From Euprymna scolopes (taxonomy: Eukaryota), in assembly GCA_053919585.1 (NCBI GenBank), contig CM132810.1: a DNA stretch of 64,000 nucleotides. The stretch is one strand, 5' to 3'. The notes beneath the pieces are model-generated. The model was not told where the DNA came from. It searched no databases and worked only from the letters and a program-made list of their open reading frames with translations. Below are positions 26,075 through 40,847 of this stretch, piece after piece. Both the position numbers and the translations under genes were made by a program. The stretch's first letter is position 1. Each line of letters starts with the position of its first letter.

Positions 26075-26469
26075 CCACTCCTCAGTCAGTGGAGGAGAAC
26101 CCCCTCATGACTGAAACAACTATCATCCCTTCTATCATCCCCCTCCCATACCTATAACCCCTCAAATTGCCCCCCCCCCCTCTGGGGAACAAAATCTCCC
26201 CCACACTAGGAACCGATCCTAAGTCTGGCCATACCCACATGGGGAGACAAATAAATAGAAACATTAAAAAATCCCCTATACATATTTTAAATACACCCCT
26301 CTTTCTAAACAAACATAATATAAGGAATACCCGAAAAGACTAAAACGATAAATCACGATACTAAAATCCAAGAATCCAAAAAATAAATATCAAAATAGAA
26401 TGAAAGCACCCCTACCCTTATTTCAGAAGAGCTGGTCCCCCCTCCTCACGCATACACATTAGTAACGAC

Positions 26470-26548
26470 CTCAGATCACAGTCACCTTCCTAAGGAAGAA
26501 AATAACCTCATAATACTATAAAACAGGATACACATTCTCAAACCAATA

Positions 26549-26621
<73 letters not shown>

Positions 26622-26868
26622 GGAAAAGAAAAAAACATTAGCAGAAAGAGAGAGTGACTGCAGCCAGGTCAACAGCCTGGACAAGCCCAATAAAAGAGTA
26701 ATGAAAATTGAACATGCCAATGAATAATAAACACTTACAAGCCTCAACCCCTTGGAAACACTTCAAATAAACTACGAAAATCACTATTTTTACATCTCCA
26801 ACACATTTGAAAATAATTTCTGAAGAGGACGCTTTACAGAACGTCTGAAACGCGCATATTTCCAAACA
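26470..26868 (+). mobile_element. Repeat family with hammerhead-like motif (26820-26856); paralog at 49035-49300
   Basis: 26478-26560 aligns with 49035-49130. The motif CTGAAGA-GGACG..CGTCT-GAAA-CGCG(C) recurs as agaggacg..cgtctgaaacgcgtt at 49261-49293. Confidence 0.6.
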
Positions 26869-28449
26869 NNNNNNNNNNNNNNNNNNNNNNNNNNNNNNNN
26901 NNNNNNNNNNNNNNNNNNNNNNNNNNNNNNNNNNNNNNNNNNNNNNNNNNNNNNNNNNNNNNNNNNNNNNNNNNNNNNNNNNNNNNNNNNNNNNNNNNNN
27001 NNNNNNNNNNNNNNNNNNNNNNNNNNNNNNNNNNNNNNNNNNNNNNNNNNNNNNNNNNNNNNNNNNNNNNNNNNNNNNNNNNNNNNNNNNNNNNNNNNNN
27101 NNNNNNNNNNNNNNNNNNNNNNNNNNNNNNNNNNNNNNNNNNNNNNNNNNNNNNNNNNNNNNNNNNNNNNNNNNNNNNNNNNNNNNNNNNNNNNNNNNNN
27201 NNNNNNNNNNNNNNNNNNNNNNNNNNNNNNNNNNNNNNNNNNNNNNNNAATAAAGTTCAAGAGACCCATAAAAATGTTTGACCGGTTGCTTATGGAGGTC
27301 AAGTTTTGTACTGGATATAGAGACAGGGCAGGAAAAAAGGAAAACAAGAAGAAACATAGAAATAAGAATAAAAGTAAAAAGAAGAGGACAAAACGCAAAT
27401 GGAATAATGCGTTTTTTCAAAAATTATACTAGTTTGATCTTAATTTTCTTTGTCTGTTTGAATCGAATTAATACAGTCAACTCAAATTTTATCTATTATT
27501 CCATAAGGTGTTATTCTTTTTAATTTTATCGGCATTGATAGTGTCCCTTAAAAGGTAGGATTAAAATGAAGGTTTAGAATGTACTAATGTTTGTGAGTGA
27601 ATTGTAAAACCAAGGCTAAGCGTATTAATAGAACGTTTTATTGTTATTTTATAATCTTAATAGGAATACTTCACTGTTAAAAAAAAAATAATAATACCTT
27701 ACTGAAAAGTGTCTAAAGATCGGTAATATCAATAACATTATACTATTTAGTAATATTAACTGAAAAAGGTTTTCTACACATGTATTCATATACATATATA
27801 CATAAATATATACATATGCATACATATATATATGTACATTTACATGCACGCATACAGACATATATACACGTACACATACATATACATACATGTACACACA
27901 TACATGATATATCCATACATACACACCCATACATCCCTACATACACACTCATATATACAAATGTATAGATTTAGATATAAAGAAAGCATACCAATAGTCA
28001 TACTATTAATTATAATAATAAACATTATAGGTAACATAATTACAATTATCATAAAAAAGAAAACCAAATTAGCCCCTACACTGCTAATTAACATTAAGAA
28101 GATGAGAAGAGTAGGGTTGTGTAACTAAGGCTACAGAATTGATTTACTTTAGTACCAACATGGATGACACATCATTGAGTATTGTGCTTTCATATTTATA
28201 TGTGCGAATTTGGAAATTATCTTGCAATAGGGATGTTTACTCCATTTGTGGTTAGTAGATAGGGACGAATTATAAACTCCTTAATTGGGAAGCTACATAT
28301 TTTTTGAAATACTATTCTAACAAGATCTCAGAGTGCAAATTACGTGTAAGAAATTAAAGTGTAGTAAATTAATGTGCGTATAGTGAGTCTCTACTTAACA
28401 TGTAAATCAACAATAAGAGAAAGTTATTATATAGGTTAGAAGAGAGGCT

Positions 28450-29260
28450 TAAGAACCTATGTTTAGAAAAGGTACATTTTTCTATTTGCAAAGTTTTAGG
28501 TTAGATTTTAGTCAAAACCGACATGTATTTAGTATTATGTTTTTACCTAGTAACAAATGTAAGTGCCAAAATAAAATGATTACCCTCTCAATAACGATTG
28601 CATACAAAAAGACGTGTATACGCCTTCACAGTCTCGCAATTACCAAAAAATGCAAACAATCAATCAAATGAGGGAAACAATGAATATAGTTGAAACACTC
28701 AGGACGCAAGTATACATAGGGAAACATATTGTCAGGGCTCTAATAATAACAACAAAAACAATAACAACCAGGCTAACGGATCCAATAATATAATTCCCAG
28801 TGAAGATCAGAATAGGATTAACTAGCACCCACGCTATAAATCTTCAGGCCCCCCTCTCAACTCAGCCCTCCAATATAAGACTCACTAGCACTGGAACTGA
28901 TGAACAAATAAACAATAATAAAACAAGGAAAGCATTCACGTATATAGGAGCATCATCAAACTTAATAAAAGTAAGAATTTCAAACCACCTACATTCCTTT
29001 AGAAATGAAAGATCTCAAAACAATGATAACAATAGTACATCCTTAACTAAATTAATCAATAGCCCAGAGGACAAGAAAATTACTGAATAAATCTAGATCA
29101 TATGCCCCAGGGGACAAATTTTGCAATCTTTGTATGTCCGAAGCAGTTAACATTATCACTTTCAATAAACCCATAATAAATACCAAGAATGAACTAGTGT
29201 CCAGATGTAAGCACAAGAAAAAATTTAAATACAGCCAACTTAAAATAAAATAACATACAC
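28450..29260 (+). mobile_element. Penelope-like element remnant (GIY-YIG)
   Basis: Reads YIGASSNLIKVRISNHLHSFRNE, TSLTKL, YAPGDKFCNLCMSE and NTKNELVSRCKHKKKF. Confidence 0.75.
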
Positions 29261-31179
29261 TCTCTGTATACATGTAAATGGGTAAAAACATAATACTATA
29301 TATATATATAATTATATTATATATAATAATTCTCCAAGTTCCAAATATAAATTTTTCTCAATTTGTCATTTATTACTCTTCGAAAAGTAGCTATTATTTG
29401 TTCCGTATTGCGACTAAAAAGTCTGCAAAATATGTCTTAGATACCTGTTTAGTCACATATTCACCAGATGTTTATCTTAAAACCTTAGAAAAACGTAATT
29501 TTGATCGGGTCAGCTTACAGACACACTCTGCCGTTCCTTCATGTTACAAAGATTATGGTCATACTGTATTCATTTTAACTAATATCAATTATTTTTGTAT
29601 TTTGTGAATTATTATTGTTATATTTTTATTTTTATTTTATTTAAAGTCTTTTTATCCACTTGTTTGTTATTTATTTTACCATTTTTCGAGTCCTATTTTG
29701 AAGTTATATTAATTACTGTACTTATAATTTATTTCCCATTTAGAGTATTCTTATTAAGTTATTTAACTTTGAAACTCTGTGTTGTATTTCTTTTTTTTTT
29801 TTTTAATATTTTGTTGACATTCTTCATAGGCGTAGTTGATAGCTGAATTTAAATTCATTTCACAAATTTTATTAGCATTGTCACTAATTATAATATGATT
29901 TGTTATATGCATATGTATTTAAATTATAATTTCGTATATCAACTTTTTTACGTTATGCGTGTTAAGTTTTTTAATTTTAATCATTGGAAATAAAATTATT
30001 CCTTTTTTCTATTTTTAATCATATTAGCAGTCAAAGGGAAATAACTTTTGTAAGCTCAAAACCTCAGAATCTTATTCAACTTATTTCGTCTTAAATGGAT
30101 TTCAGTTGACTTTAGGTTATCCTATTTTGCTAACCCACTTTAATTGATTTTACATTTTGTACGTTCTTTGCTGTTTTAAGTCCAATATCATATGCATATT
30201 TATAATAACTTATCCATTTTTCTCCATATTTTCTCCTTGTTATATTTAATTGGTATTTAGCTATGCATATACCCTTGTTCCAATATTACTAAGATTATTG
30301 AATTTAAGTGTTTAAATCCTTCTAACATGTTATGAAAGTTATTATTTTTTTTTTAGATTTTTTCCTCAACGCTTATTTTCTATTTATTTTGTGTTATTTT
30401 ATTAAGTCATTTACTGACATCCTTAGTAAACCCATTGACACTAACTGAATTTCTATTCTTACATCTTAAAAATTTAAGGAGTCTAATATTGTCAGTCAAC
30501 CTAATAAATTCATCCACATTTGTTATCTTAATCCATTTTTTCATACCAGCTTGTCATTCACCCTACTCTACTCCACCCAATAGATAAGATTTAGAATGGA
30601 AATGGGAAGGGAACAAGAACTGAAGTGGCGTTTTGTTCAGAGGTGACTGGAGGACTGTGGTCACATCTGTTTTGGTTTATCTTAATATTTTAGTTGTTTG
30701 ATTTTAAGATGAATAGTAATTAAGATTATCGACTTTAAATGTCATAATAGATGTAGATTCAAAATATCTATCGACTCAGCCGAGTTTAAATATTGCATAC
30801 ATTTTTCTATGTTTTTAATATTGGTGATTTAGTTCCAACAATACACACTATGTTATGGAATGGCATGCTTTTATGTTGATACTATTGTTTGCACTTATAA
30901 TATTACTAAACATATTATTTAGTCCACAGAGCAGTAAATAAGCAAATAATACCACAAAGTAAAAATAAGACTAGTACAAAATTAAAAAAGGAGCCCCACA
31001 TGGACATTGGCTTGGATCACTTATACGATCAGAGCAAACCAAAATTTAAATTTCATTTTTACTCAAACAAGGAACATTGCTACTGAGACGTTAGGGGTTA
31101 CTGTAAATTACGAGCCAGGTTTCTTGGGGCACTCTATGTGGAGAGTTGTGCTTTGAGATTTTTGTTCATATTAAAATGT

Positions 31180-31435
31180 CATCCCTTCACTGTAAAAGTC
31201 ACCAAATACCGGAAAGCTTTCTACTCTAATAGCTTATTTCCCTCTAACTGCTAAGCTTTGGAATTTTCTCCTTGCTTCTTGTTTCTCTGGCTGTACCAAT
31301 ATGTAGAAATTTAAATGTAATGTCATAAAAATATCTCGCTGCACATCTCCCCACTTACGATGCTCCTATAAATATGGGGGCTAATTTACAGTAGCCCCTG
31401 TAGTGCCAGTGTGCTTTGTTTGGGACGAATAAAAG
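31180..31435 (+). mobile_element. CR1 3' end fragment
   Basis: Reads FPLTAKLWNFLLASCF, and its 3' UTR ctaatttacagtagccc matches the 2525-3165 family. Confidence 0.65.
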
Positions 31436-31499
31436 TTTAATGAATTAGGTCTTTATATTCACAACTATTTGGTGTAGCACAACCATCTTTTGTGACGAT

Positions 31500-32400
31500 G
31501 TGGGGCATAGTTAACTTATAATTTTGCTGTTTCGGTTTTCTTGGTTCCATGTTGTTTCCTTTTCTATCTTTTTTTTTTTACTTCTATTACAGTTATGGCC
31601 AATTAACGTTTTTATATCGTTAATTAATTTCTTCATTCGAGAATTTTCCTTAAAATATCAGCTATTTTCATTGTTATTACATAGTTTCAGTCTTCTCTTT
31701 GATTCCATTTGGTAATTTATAGATTTCTTTAATGTTCTATATTCCTTTCACTTTTCTGGCAAGTTCCTCATATTTGCTTTGTTTTTTGTCTCTTTGACCA
31801 TCACTCTGTGGTTACTGGGATGACAAAATCTACAATTTGATAGTTTCTTTATTTATTATTAATTAATATGATGTCAGGTCTCCTTGCCTGGACGGTTTAT
31901 CTGTTTGTATCTCCATATCCAAAAGTATTTTGTGGTTTCGCTTCCAGTACTGTCCTCAATATATGTCTGTATCATTTGTCTGCATATTCGAAGTACAGTC
32001 ATTTGCAGAGTTCCTAGTGTACTGCTTTACTCATACAGTCACGTTTGTCAATATAATCTTGGGGGATAGTTTTCTGCATTCACTCATTATGTCTTTTACT
32101 ATTTCATCAATTTGTCCACAGAGTCTACATTTAGTGTTTTCTTTTGTTTTATCTATTATAGCTTTCATGTGGTTAGTTCTAATCGCATTGTTCTGTGCAG
32201 CTGTTAGTAGAGATTCTGCTTCTCTGTGTTTATGCGTCCTTTTCTTAGCCATGTTCCGATGTTTTTGTGATTTTTTTCTCAGGAATTGCCCATGTAGCTA
32301 TTTTTCTTTCCATTTTCTATTTTTTTTTGTTTGGTTTTATTTTTTTATCGTTTATCGATGGTGTATCTCGCTGTGGTAATCAATCTTTCTGTGTTCCAAG
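31500..32400 (-). mobile_element. RLE-type (R4/Dong-like) LINE fragment
   Basis: REAESLLTAAQNNAIRTNHMKAIIDKT..KCRLCG..DE....IMSEC (CCHC-type finger), followed by a PD-like region. Confidence 0.7.
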
Positions 32401-33220
32401 TTATTTCTATGCTCAGGAGTTTTCACACATGTCATTATAATAACAACGAGTAATGCCCCCCCCCCGAATCCAAGTGATAACAAATTTTTGCAGATCTTTA
32501 ACACTCCACACTAACGTTACAAATTATTTTATGTCATCACAATAACTGTTTACTATTGATTTTGCACTAGCAACATTGTTTAAAATTTGAACGACAAGAT
32601 CAAGATTCCATTACTTTCCAAAAGTCTAGTTGGTGCTTTTTCGCCTGGGTCTTTCCATTTTCCTTGACCTTTCATAGCAATTCCGTATGGCATCAGCCGA
32701 GGCTAGTTTTTCCCTTTTCATTTATCTGTAAATGGTAAGCGCTTGTTAGTTTGTTATGGTTTGTTTCTACAACCAAAGATTTTTCTTAAGATTTTGGTTA
32801 TTTTCATTATTGCCATTCGTTGTAAGATATCAATCTTTGTTTTGGTCTGAATTTCTCTTGCTTTTACAGTTAGTTTCTTTTTGTTTTAGTGTCTTTGGGA
32901 TCGTTCCTTATTCTCCCACAATTACTAGTAGTATTGTAATGTTTTTCATGGTAGATATTCCTTTTAGTTCTTTGGCAAACTTCACGTCTCCGGTATGTGA
33001 TCTGTTGAGACAGCGAAATCAACGATTGAACAGTTTGTTTCAACAAGTGAATCTTATCACATTGGATCTCTGGCTTGGATGCACGCCCCAAAGAATTTTG
33101 TGATTTTCGTTTTTCAATCTTAACTTCGGCTATGTACGATTTATCTGCATGTTCAAAACTCCGGCGTTTATACAATTTCGCATGAACTAGTGATTCTATG
33201 CAGTTTTGTCTGTTTTCGTA

Positions 33221-33274
<54 letters not shown>

Positions 33275-33275
<1 letters not shown>

Positions 33276-34084
33276 TCTGTTGTTACATTTTGTGTTTTGC
33301 TGTTGTTATTGCCGATTTTATGCTGATAGGCAGATCACCGCAAACGATCATAGACTATCAAAATCTGCTTTCTTTAGACTCCAGTACTTTCGGCAATATT
33401 CTAGCGGTTCTCAATAAGGCAGTCTTCTAAAGCACTCCAATGTTGCAATGAATCCCAATTTTCTCAATGCACTTGTCAAATCCTTTTGTTACACTCCTCA
33501 GGGCCCCAATCACAACAGGCACAACTTCTACTTTCTTTAACTTCCATAATCTTTTTATCTCCTCTTTTCAAGTCTTGGTACTTTATGACCTCTTTTTTTT
33601 CTTCCACATTCACATGAACTGGTACTGCTATATCAATGATTATTACCTTGTGTTTCTTTTTTATAACAAGATTAAATCGGGTTTTATTGATTCAGCCAAA
33701 TTGTCACATTAGATATTCATTTCTCACAAAAATTTCACACTAGCGAGACCTGTGGAAATTCCGTAGGGGACTCATTTCTGATATGTAATATATTGATTTT
33801 GGTATTCTGTGGATGTTCAGCATATATGGAGACGCTCTGATATTATTGTAGATCTTTTGTTAAAACTGCAAAAGTATTTATTTAAGCTAGCAAGGACGCT
33901 GGGCGTAGCTCGATCGTAAAGTATGCTTAAGCATGATATTTTCATTCTTGCAGATTCCGCATATATTATTATAGAGTTAATGTTCTATCGATTTTTATAT
34001 ATTATAAAGTCCCGATTAAAAAAACAAAATATATCCATATGACTTGGATGCATCAGTTTGAATCGAAACCAAGACAAAAGCTTA

Positions 34085-34157
<73 letters not shown>

Positions 34158-34625
34158 AACAAGTTCCTTCAGCTATAATCAAAACTGAAACCAAGACTTA
34201 TGAAGAATTCTTGATCAAATCATTTATAAAAAAAATAAATGATTTTGGTGTCATCAGCTATAATTGAAACCGAAACCAAAACTTATCAGGAATGCTCGGT
34301 AAAATTATTTATGACAAGAAATGGAAGTCCATAACGATTAAACGACAATCACTTGGATGTCAGCATGACACACAAAATAAATAAGACACGCTATCCTATC
34401 AATACATAGATTATCACTCTCCACCACTCCTTTTGGAACATGCTTGTGCCATTTTTCACCGTATTGCAACCCTCTTTTTTACCCATATCCCAATGGACCT
34501 TTCTCGCAATATTATCATAACGCCTCCTGTACTCAGTTGGAGCTAACTTCAAACGACTACTGACGATGTGTTGTATACTCTTACCTTTCTTCCCACTCAG
34601 TCGACACAGAGGACTTTCAGACTGT
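33275..34625 (-). mobile_element. RLE-type (R4/Dong-like) LINE 3' part, interrupted by a Helitron, ending at (TAA)n
   Basis: Reads PLCRL..IQHIVS..KLAPTEYRRRYDNIARKVHWD, GVVESDN|VKFL, KYQDLK, EVVPVVIGAL and TARILPKVL. The 3' end abuts (TTA)n at 33221-33274. Confidence 0.8.
33740..34410 (-). mobile_element. Non-autonomous Helitron (second family) with internal (TA)n
   Basis: 5' end a|TCTATGTATTGATAGG at 34410. 3' hairpin cctacggaa..ttccacagg then CTAG|t at 33740. Its 5' half is homologous to 48655-48900. Confidence 0.8.
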
Positions 34626-34629
34626 TTCA

Positions 34630-35167
34630 AACTTTGTCAAACCTTTTATAAGCTTTTCTTTACAATTTGGGATGGAAACTTTCAAACTATTTTCATTTTT
34701 ATGCATCGTTATACGCCTATTACTCATCCCTTGTATCTGAATAGCAACTCAGGGTGACATCCCCCGAATTGCGTTACTGCCTTCTTTATAATAAATGACC
34801 AAACAAGCGCTATTTTGGTCGCAATACATACACATGTGTCTTGTTGTTCTTCAAGCTTACAAATACAACATAGTATCATCAGCGGGACAAAATAGATACA
34901 TAAATAAATAAAAATAAATGAATAAATAAAAAGGGCAAAACACTACATACCGAAACATTTAAAATCATAAATATCACGTCAATCGAAATAAAAACCGAGT
35001 AGCGCAGAATGACAAAATGAGTGGCAATGGAATCACTCAACCGAAACAGTTTAACTTAGACCAACCTGAGCAATGGGCGAAATGAATATAAAGATTTAAA
35101 AAATATTGAACAGTGTCTGAGTTAGACAAACAACCAGAAAGCAAACAAATACTCTCGTTAATCTACT
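34630..35167 (+). mobile_element. Old Gypsy remnant (LTR end, degenerate PBS, gag N-terminus)
   Basis: acaaca|tagtatcatcagcgggac resembles a tRNA-Leu PBS. Gag reads QPKQFNLDQPEQWAK*I*RF..Y..VSELDKQPESKQILSLIY and is cut by the next element. Confidence 0.55.
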
Positions 35168-35741
35168 TGTAGCAGAAACAAATAGAACTCTTTTTCTTGT
35201 GCGTCAGTGCCTCCCCTGACTGTGTGATATGGCACATACTGACCAATCAGAGGCATAGCGCAGGGACCTTCCTTACTCCCTAAGGAACTCTAACTGCTTC
35301 CGTTCCGGATGAGAAAAAAACCCTTTTCCAGCCAGACGCCAAAGAGAGCTGTTTCCCCACTCCCTCTCTGCCTACACCGGTATCGACGATTCCCACTTGG
35401 GAATAACTACCAGGCAAAGGTAGACAAGTTTTATCCGAGTTATATCTTTTTGGCATCTTACCCTGACTCGCTTCAATAAACCTTTTCCTGGTTAAGTTTT
35501 ACGAAGTTGTTTGTTCGTTTATTCAGTAGCTTGTGTTGAATTATTTATTCCATTAGGGAGTGCCCGAAAAGCACTAACTCAACTCCCTAAAATGGTGACC
35601 CGACGTGTACACAAGTTTACTGAATGGGGAGCCTGACTTCTTCCCCGTTTAAGCAAGGAAAAGGCGGCGAACAGCAATTCCTGTGAAATACTTTTCTCAA
35701 GAAAAGTAATACTATACGGACAAACTTCACACCTCTGAGAA

Positions 35742-35813
<72 letters not shown>

Positions 35814-38715
35814 TCCTCACGGAAACATTTTTTTCGTCACCGTATATAAAAAAAACAAACTTTTCTCGAGGAAAGTGTAAGACAATACCGAGAGACTTTA
35901 CAAAGGCATATTTAAAAAAAAACAAAAACAAAACAAAACGAAAAAAGAAGACATTATTTCCTGCATCAGACTCTTTTGACCCGTGTAGTGGATATCCTAG
36001 GAAAAAGAACGCGAGAGACACGGATAGCAGTTCGTCGTAAATGACTTGAAAAAAAAAGTGACTAAAAGTTTTTTCCCCCTCTTCTTGGGGAAAACGACGC
36101 CAGAACGCACACACATGCGAACAGGAGACAAGTAATTCAAGGGACAGTTAATTCTGCGAAACAAAAGAGAGAACTTTTACTAAAAAAACAAACAAAAAAA
36201 AAACTTGCTTCCACCTATCGGCCAAAATGTAAGTACCCGTTTAAAGAATTCATTTACCTCCAGGTTATAGGTTACACACACACAGGCACACACACACAAA
36301 AAAACAAACAAAAAAAAACCCACCCACACACGCATATATTTTTACCACTGCTCTTTTGAACCATTTTTCTAGTTTATTTTCTTGTAAAATTGTTTCTCTC
36401 TCTCTTTTTATCCTGTTAAATATTTTTCTTATTTTTGCCTCTGTCTGAATATTTTCCCTAAATATTTTCCCTTTTCCTCACGTGGTCCTTCGATAATGTC
36501 CTTCTAATATCCGGATAGTTTATTTATTTATTTAGTTTTTTGGTCTATTTTCCTCTTAAAATGACAACATTGCCTGCTTTTGCCGGTGACGTTCGAGTTT
36601 GGTTTGCCCAACTCGAATCATATTTTGCTGCGAACAACGTTTCGGAGCAAACACAATTACATATTTTATTTAGTGCTTTCCCCGCATATTTGACTCAAGG
36701 ACTTAATAACTGACACCCTCTTAACGCTACATATGACAGCATAAAGCGGGAGGTACTTCTCCGGACGTCAGTCTCGGTGGAAAAACGTTTTGAAATGTTG
36801 GTCCATGAAGAACATTTAGGAAACCGCAGGCCAACAGAGTTACTCCGCAGAATGAGGGAGCTGGCAGAAGATGTTCCCCCTGACAGTACCCTAATTAAGC
36901 AGCTTTTTTTCTCAAGGCTGCCGGCGCAAGTAAAGGCAATACTAGCGCCTATGATAGAGAAGCATTCCGTCGACGTAGTAGCAGCGTCGGCGGATAAAGT
37001 AATGAATTTTGTGAAAGGGCCTACCACTGCGGCGATCCATCAGCAATAGGCTGAAGTACCCGCGGGCCCTGCGGCAGATAGAAATTTAACACAAGAAGCA
37101 ACATCGGTGGCTATACTTACAGCCATTGAACGCCTCACCAGAGAGGTGAGTAAGATGAACATGGGCAGGTCACATTCGCCCCGATGCCACTTCAAAAACT
37201 GCTCACCTTCCCCACTCCACCATCGCTGTTCAAACATGCCAGAACTATGTTTTTACCATAGTGGTTATGGCGCTGAGGCACGAAAATGCAAAATGTCCCG
37301 TTCTTTTCCTAACCAGGGAAACTAGATAGTGGGAAGACAAGCACGGCAAGCTTTCCACAAAATTCTAGCAATCGCGCCTATTTCATTATGGACTCTCAAT
37401 CCCAAGCACGTTGTTTGGTTGATACGGGTGCAGCCTGCAGTATCTGGCCACTGAAACTCATTAAAGAGAAGCCACCAGTGTCGCTTATCAAACTGCAAGC
37501 GGTAAATCATTCTCCCATTCCTACGTACGGTCAAATTTCACGTTCTCTGGACTTGGAATTACGGAGAGACTTTACATGGGTTTTTACCGTAGCAGATTTA
37601 CCTTACGCCATTCTAGGCGTGGACTTCCTGCATCATTTTAATTCACTAGTCGACATGCACAGACGCCGGCTGATACACGCTAGTACAGAACTTTCCATCC
37701 CTGGCATAATGCTAAATGTCCCATCTATCAGCCCGGTATTTTTCATTGCCGCTTCAAATGATCCTTACCACGAGTTGCTACACTCCTACCCGGAATTAAC
37801 AAACCTAAATTTTTTGGCGAGCAAACCCACGCACACCACAAAAAACCACATCGAGACCACAAGTGCTCCTGTGTTCTCACACCCTCGTCGCCTCCCTGCT
37901 GATAAACTTAAAGCAGCGAAGGCTGAATTCCATCATATGCTACAGTTGGGAATAATATGCCCCTCGTCTAGTCCATGGGCTTCCCCTTTGCATATGGTCC
38001 CAAAACGTGACAGAGATTGGCGTCCGACTGGGGACTACCGACGACTATTGACGGTACTTGATCGTTACCCAATCCCACATATACAATACAGGATTTTGCT
38101 TCCTCATTGCATGGTTGTAAGACCTTTTCCAAACTAGATTTGGTCAAGGCTTACCATCAAATCCCAGTAAATCCGACTGACATACCGAAGACAGCAGTAA
38201 CAACTCCATTGCGAGCATTTGAATTTTTAACTATGTCTTTCGGTTTACGTAATGCCGCTAGTACTTTTCAGTGCTTCATGGATGAAGTAGTGCGTGATTT
38301 GGACTTCGTCTATGACTATATAGACGACATTCTTGTGGCAAGTGCCTCACCTGAGGAACACATCACTCACCTCCGCCTACTGTTCGAACGGTTTCAGCAA
38401 TACAAGGTGAGGATTAACCCTGGTAAATGCGTTTTCGGTGCTTTTCCTGGGCCACATTATCAGCCCCGACGGTATATCTCCGTTACCGGAAAAGGTGAAG
38501 GCTCTGCAAGACCTTCAACCACCTACTTAACTTCGCCAACTAAAGCACTTCCTCGGTCTGTTGAACTATTACAGACGCTTTATCCCACACTGTGCAGATT
38601 TTCTAGCTCCTCTTTCCGACCTGTTATGTAACAGGAAGAAGAAAAATGAGCAGATCTCACTTAATGAGGTCCAGCTCCAAGTTTTCAATGAAGTGAAAAC
38701 AAAACTAGCTACTTC
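35168..38715 (+). mobile_element. Gypsy LTR retrotransposon (5' LTR, PBS, gag, protease, RT; 3'-truncated)
   Basis: Candidate LTR from TGT at 35168 to about 35591, with AATAAA. PBS TGGTGACCCGACGTG (tRNA-Trp-like) at 35593. Gag WFAQLES..F, LGNRRPTELLRRM and CFYH..YG..ARKC; protease LVDTGA; RT SSPWASPLHMVPK, LDLVKAYHQIP and YIDDIL. Confidence 0.92.
37316..37325 (+). promoter_or_regulatory. -1 ribosomal frameshift site between gag and pol
   Basis: G GGA AAC heptamer immediately before the gag stop TAG. The -1 frame is open into the protease ORF at 37388. Confidence 0.7.
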
Positions 38716-40240
38716 TCAGAAGTCTGTTAATTTAAATAAATCTACTCCCTTGTAGTAAGAATCAGTGAGGGAACATATTTCTTTGGCTGGGAAATAAATT
38801 TGTTTATTTTTGGATTTTTCAGTGGAGGGGTTTTGTTTTTCTAATTGGAGTGGAAGGGCCTCTGTTTCCATTGGTGAGTCGGTGGAAACTGGGATAATTG
38901 ACGTGGAGGTAGCCGGAGATATGGGGTGGGTGGGTTTGATGTTTCTTTTGAGGAAAGGGAATGGTGGAAGCGATTTACTTGGTGAACATGGAGGAGAATT
39001 ATGAGGCGTTTGTAGAGGAGATTCGTGAGGTGAAGTCTTTGGGAAGTTTGGTTTCTGCTTCTTCTTTGATGAGCTAAGTGGAGTAAGTTTGTATGTATTT
39101 ATCTGGATTGAGGTAGTGATAGGGGGATGCATGGGTTTTGGCGTAGGTTTTTGTTTTAAAGTCGAGCTGGTGATGATTTTTTCTGGAGTACCTGGGGCTG
39201 GGTTTTCTTTGTTGAGTGGGTACTAGGAGATTGTGTTTTTAGTTTTTTCCCGAGCTCCTTTAATTCCAGGAAATATTTGCCCTCAGGGTCTTTTTTTTAA
39301 CACACTTTTCCTCTCTAAATTGGTCCAGTGTTAATCTTCCTGGAGTTTTTTTTCCCCGGCAACTAGTACCCACTCATTGTCTTTTCTATATTGATTTGTT
39401 TAAGTAAGGTCGGGGAAATATGTTAGGGCGTCTTTTTTGGGAGTCGATACTGACGATGATGGTGTAGGCGTTATTGGTACCCCAACCTTAGCGCCCAGGT
39501 GGCCCCTACGTTGTTTTTGGGGTTCACAGTTGGACCTGCTGTTTTTTTAAAATTTGTGTGGGCATTCGCTGGTGAGGTGCCCCACCACTCTGCAGATCCA
39601 ACACGAAGGCTTCCAGCCTGCGACGATAACAGGAATCTTTTCATCCCGTATTTCCAGTAATAAGGTATTTCAGTAAACGCTTGTTCGTCCAAAATTAATT
39701 CGAATGTCCATGTAGAGAGATGATCGTCGCAGGCTATCTTCATTATTTCTCTGTATTTCATAAGGAAAGCGGCAATGTGTTCCTCTTCTACATGAAAGGG
39801 GACATGAAATACGGAGACGGAGGTCCTTTGTCTTCCCAGGTACTTCATGTGAAGTATGTACTCTGGCGTAATGATTTCCTGTTGAGAGAGTTCCACACAG
39901 TCCTCTGGTGTCGTGAAAAGTGTGTTCCATGTATGGAACCCTTTACATTTCACAATTCTAATAGGCCGTATCCCTGTTGATCCGAATAATTTCAGAATTA
40001 GTTCACTTGTAGAATTAATGAATTTTTGTTTTTTTTGTCCACAACAAACACTTGTAGCGTTCGTTTGGAGATTTCTTCAAGCTTTGGTGGGTCGATGAGA
40101 AGACCCTTTTGTGTTACTAAATGCTGAAAGTACCTTGCTCTTTCCATGAATTCCGAAACGTTAATTATGATCTTCAGTGGGCGGTTCCAATTCTGAGGCA
40201 GGGGTGATGATCCCTCGGCCCCCTTTGCCATGAAGATATC
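38716..40240 (-). mobile_element. Tx1/L1-like ORF1 remnant
   Basis: Starts MAKGAEG at 40231. Contains KYLGRQRTSVSVFHVPFHVEEEHIAAFL, a zinc knuckle GRKPSCWICRVVGHLTSECP, and a Pro/Ser/Lys-rich tail. Confidence 0.65.
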
Positions 40241-40244
40241 TCAC

Positions 40245-40847
40245 TAATGATGCAATTCTCTATCTATATAAGAGCCAAGTACGTCCAAAGATGGAGTACT
40301 GCTGCCACATCTGGGCAGGAGCTGCTAAAAACAGCCTAGCCTGCCTTGACAGAGTACAAAATAGACTTTGTGGCTTGGTGGGGATGCCCTTTTCTCTTCC
40401 TTGCAACCTCTTTCCCACAGAAGAGACGTAGCGAGCCTGTCTGTTCTATCATTATTTCCATGGCAAGTGCTCGTCTGAGCTCCATTCTCTGGTCTCCCTC
40501 GCCAATCTTTTTCAAAAAACACCCGACTAGCTGAAACCACCGTCAATAATTTTCCCCACTCCTTATCTGTGCCTAAATCAAAACGTAGATTCCACGAACA
40601 TAGCTTCTTTGTTAGAACAGCACGCCTGTGGAACTCTGTTCCACTTGCCTGTTTCCCTCCCGACTTCAACCTGGATGTCTTCAAATCCAACACAAACAAA
40701 TTCCTGATGAACCGCCCCCTAAGTAATGACACCTTATCAATTCTCCAATACTATTGCTACACTATCCGATTGAGTACTGTACACACAATAACCCTTATCC
40801 CCGAGTGGTCATTGGGCCTTGATAAGTGGTGAACTCCATGTAAAAAA
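40245..40847 (+). mobile_element. CR1 3' fragment (family with ccttgataagtggtg end)
   Basis: Reads ILYLYKSQVRPKMEYCCHIWAGA and SFFVRTARLWNSVP, with a short A tail. Confidence 0.85.
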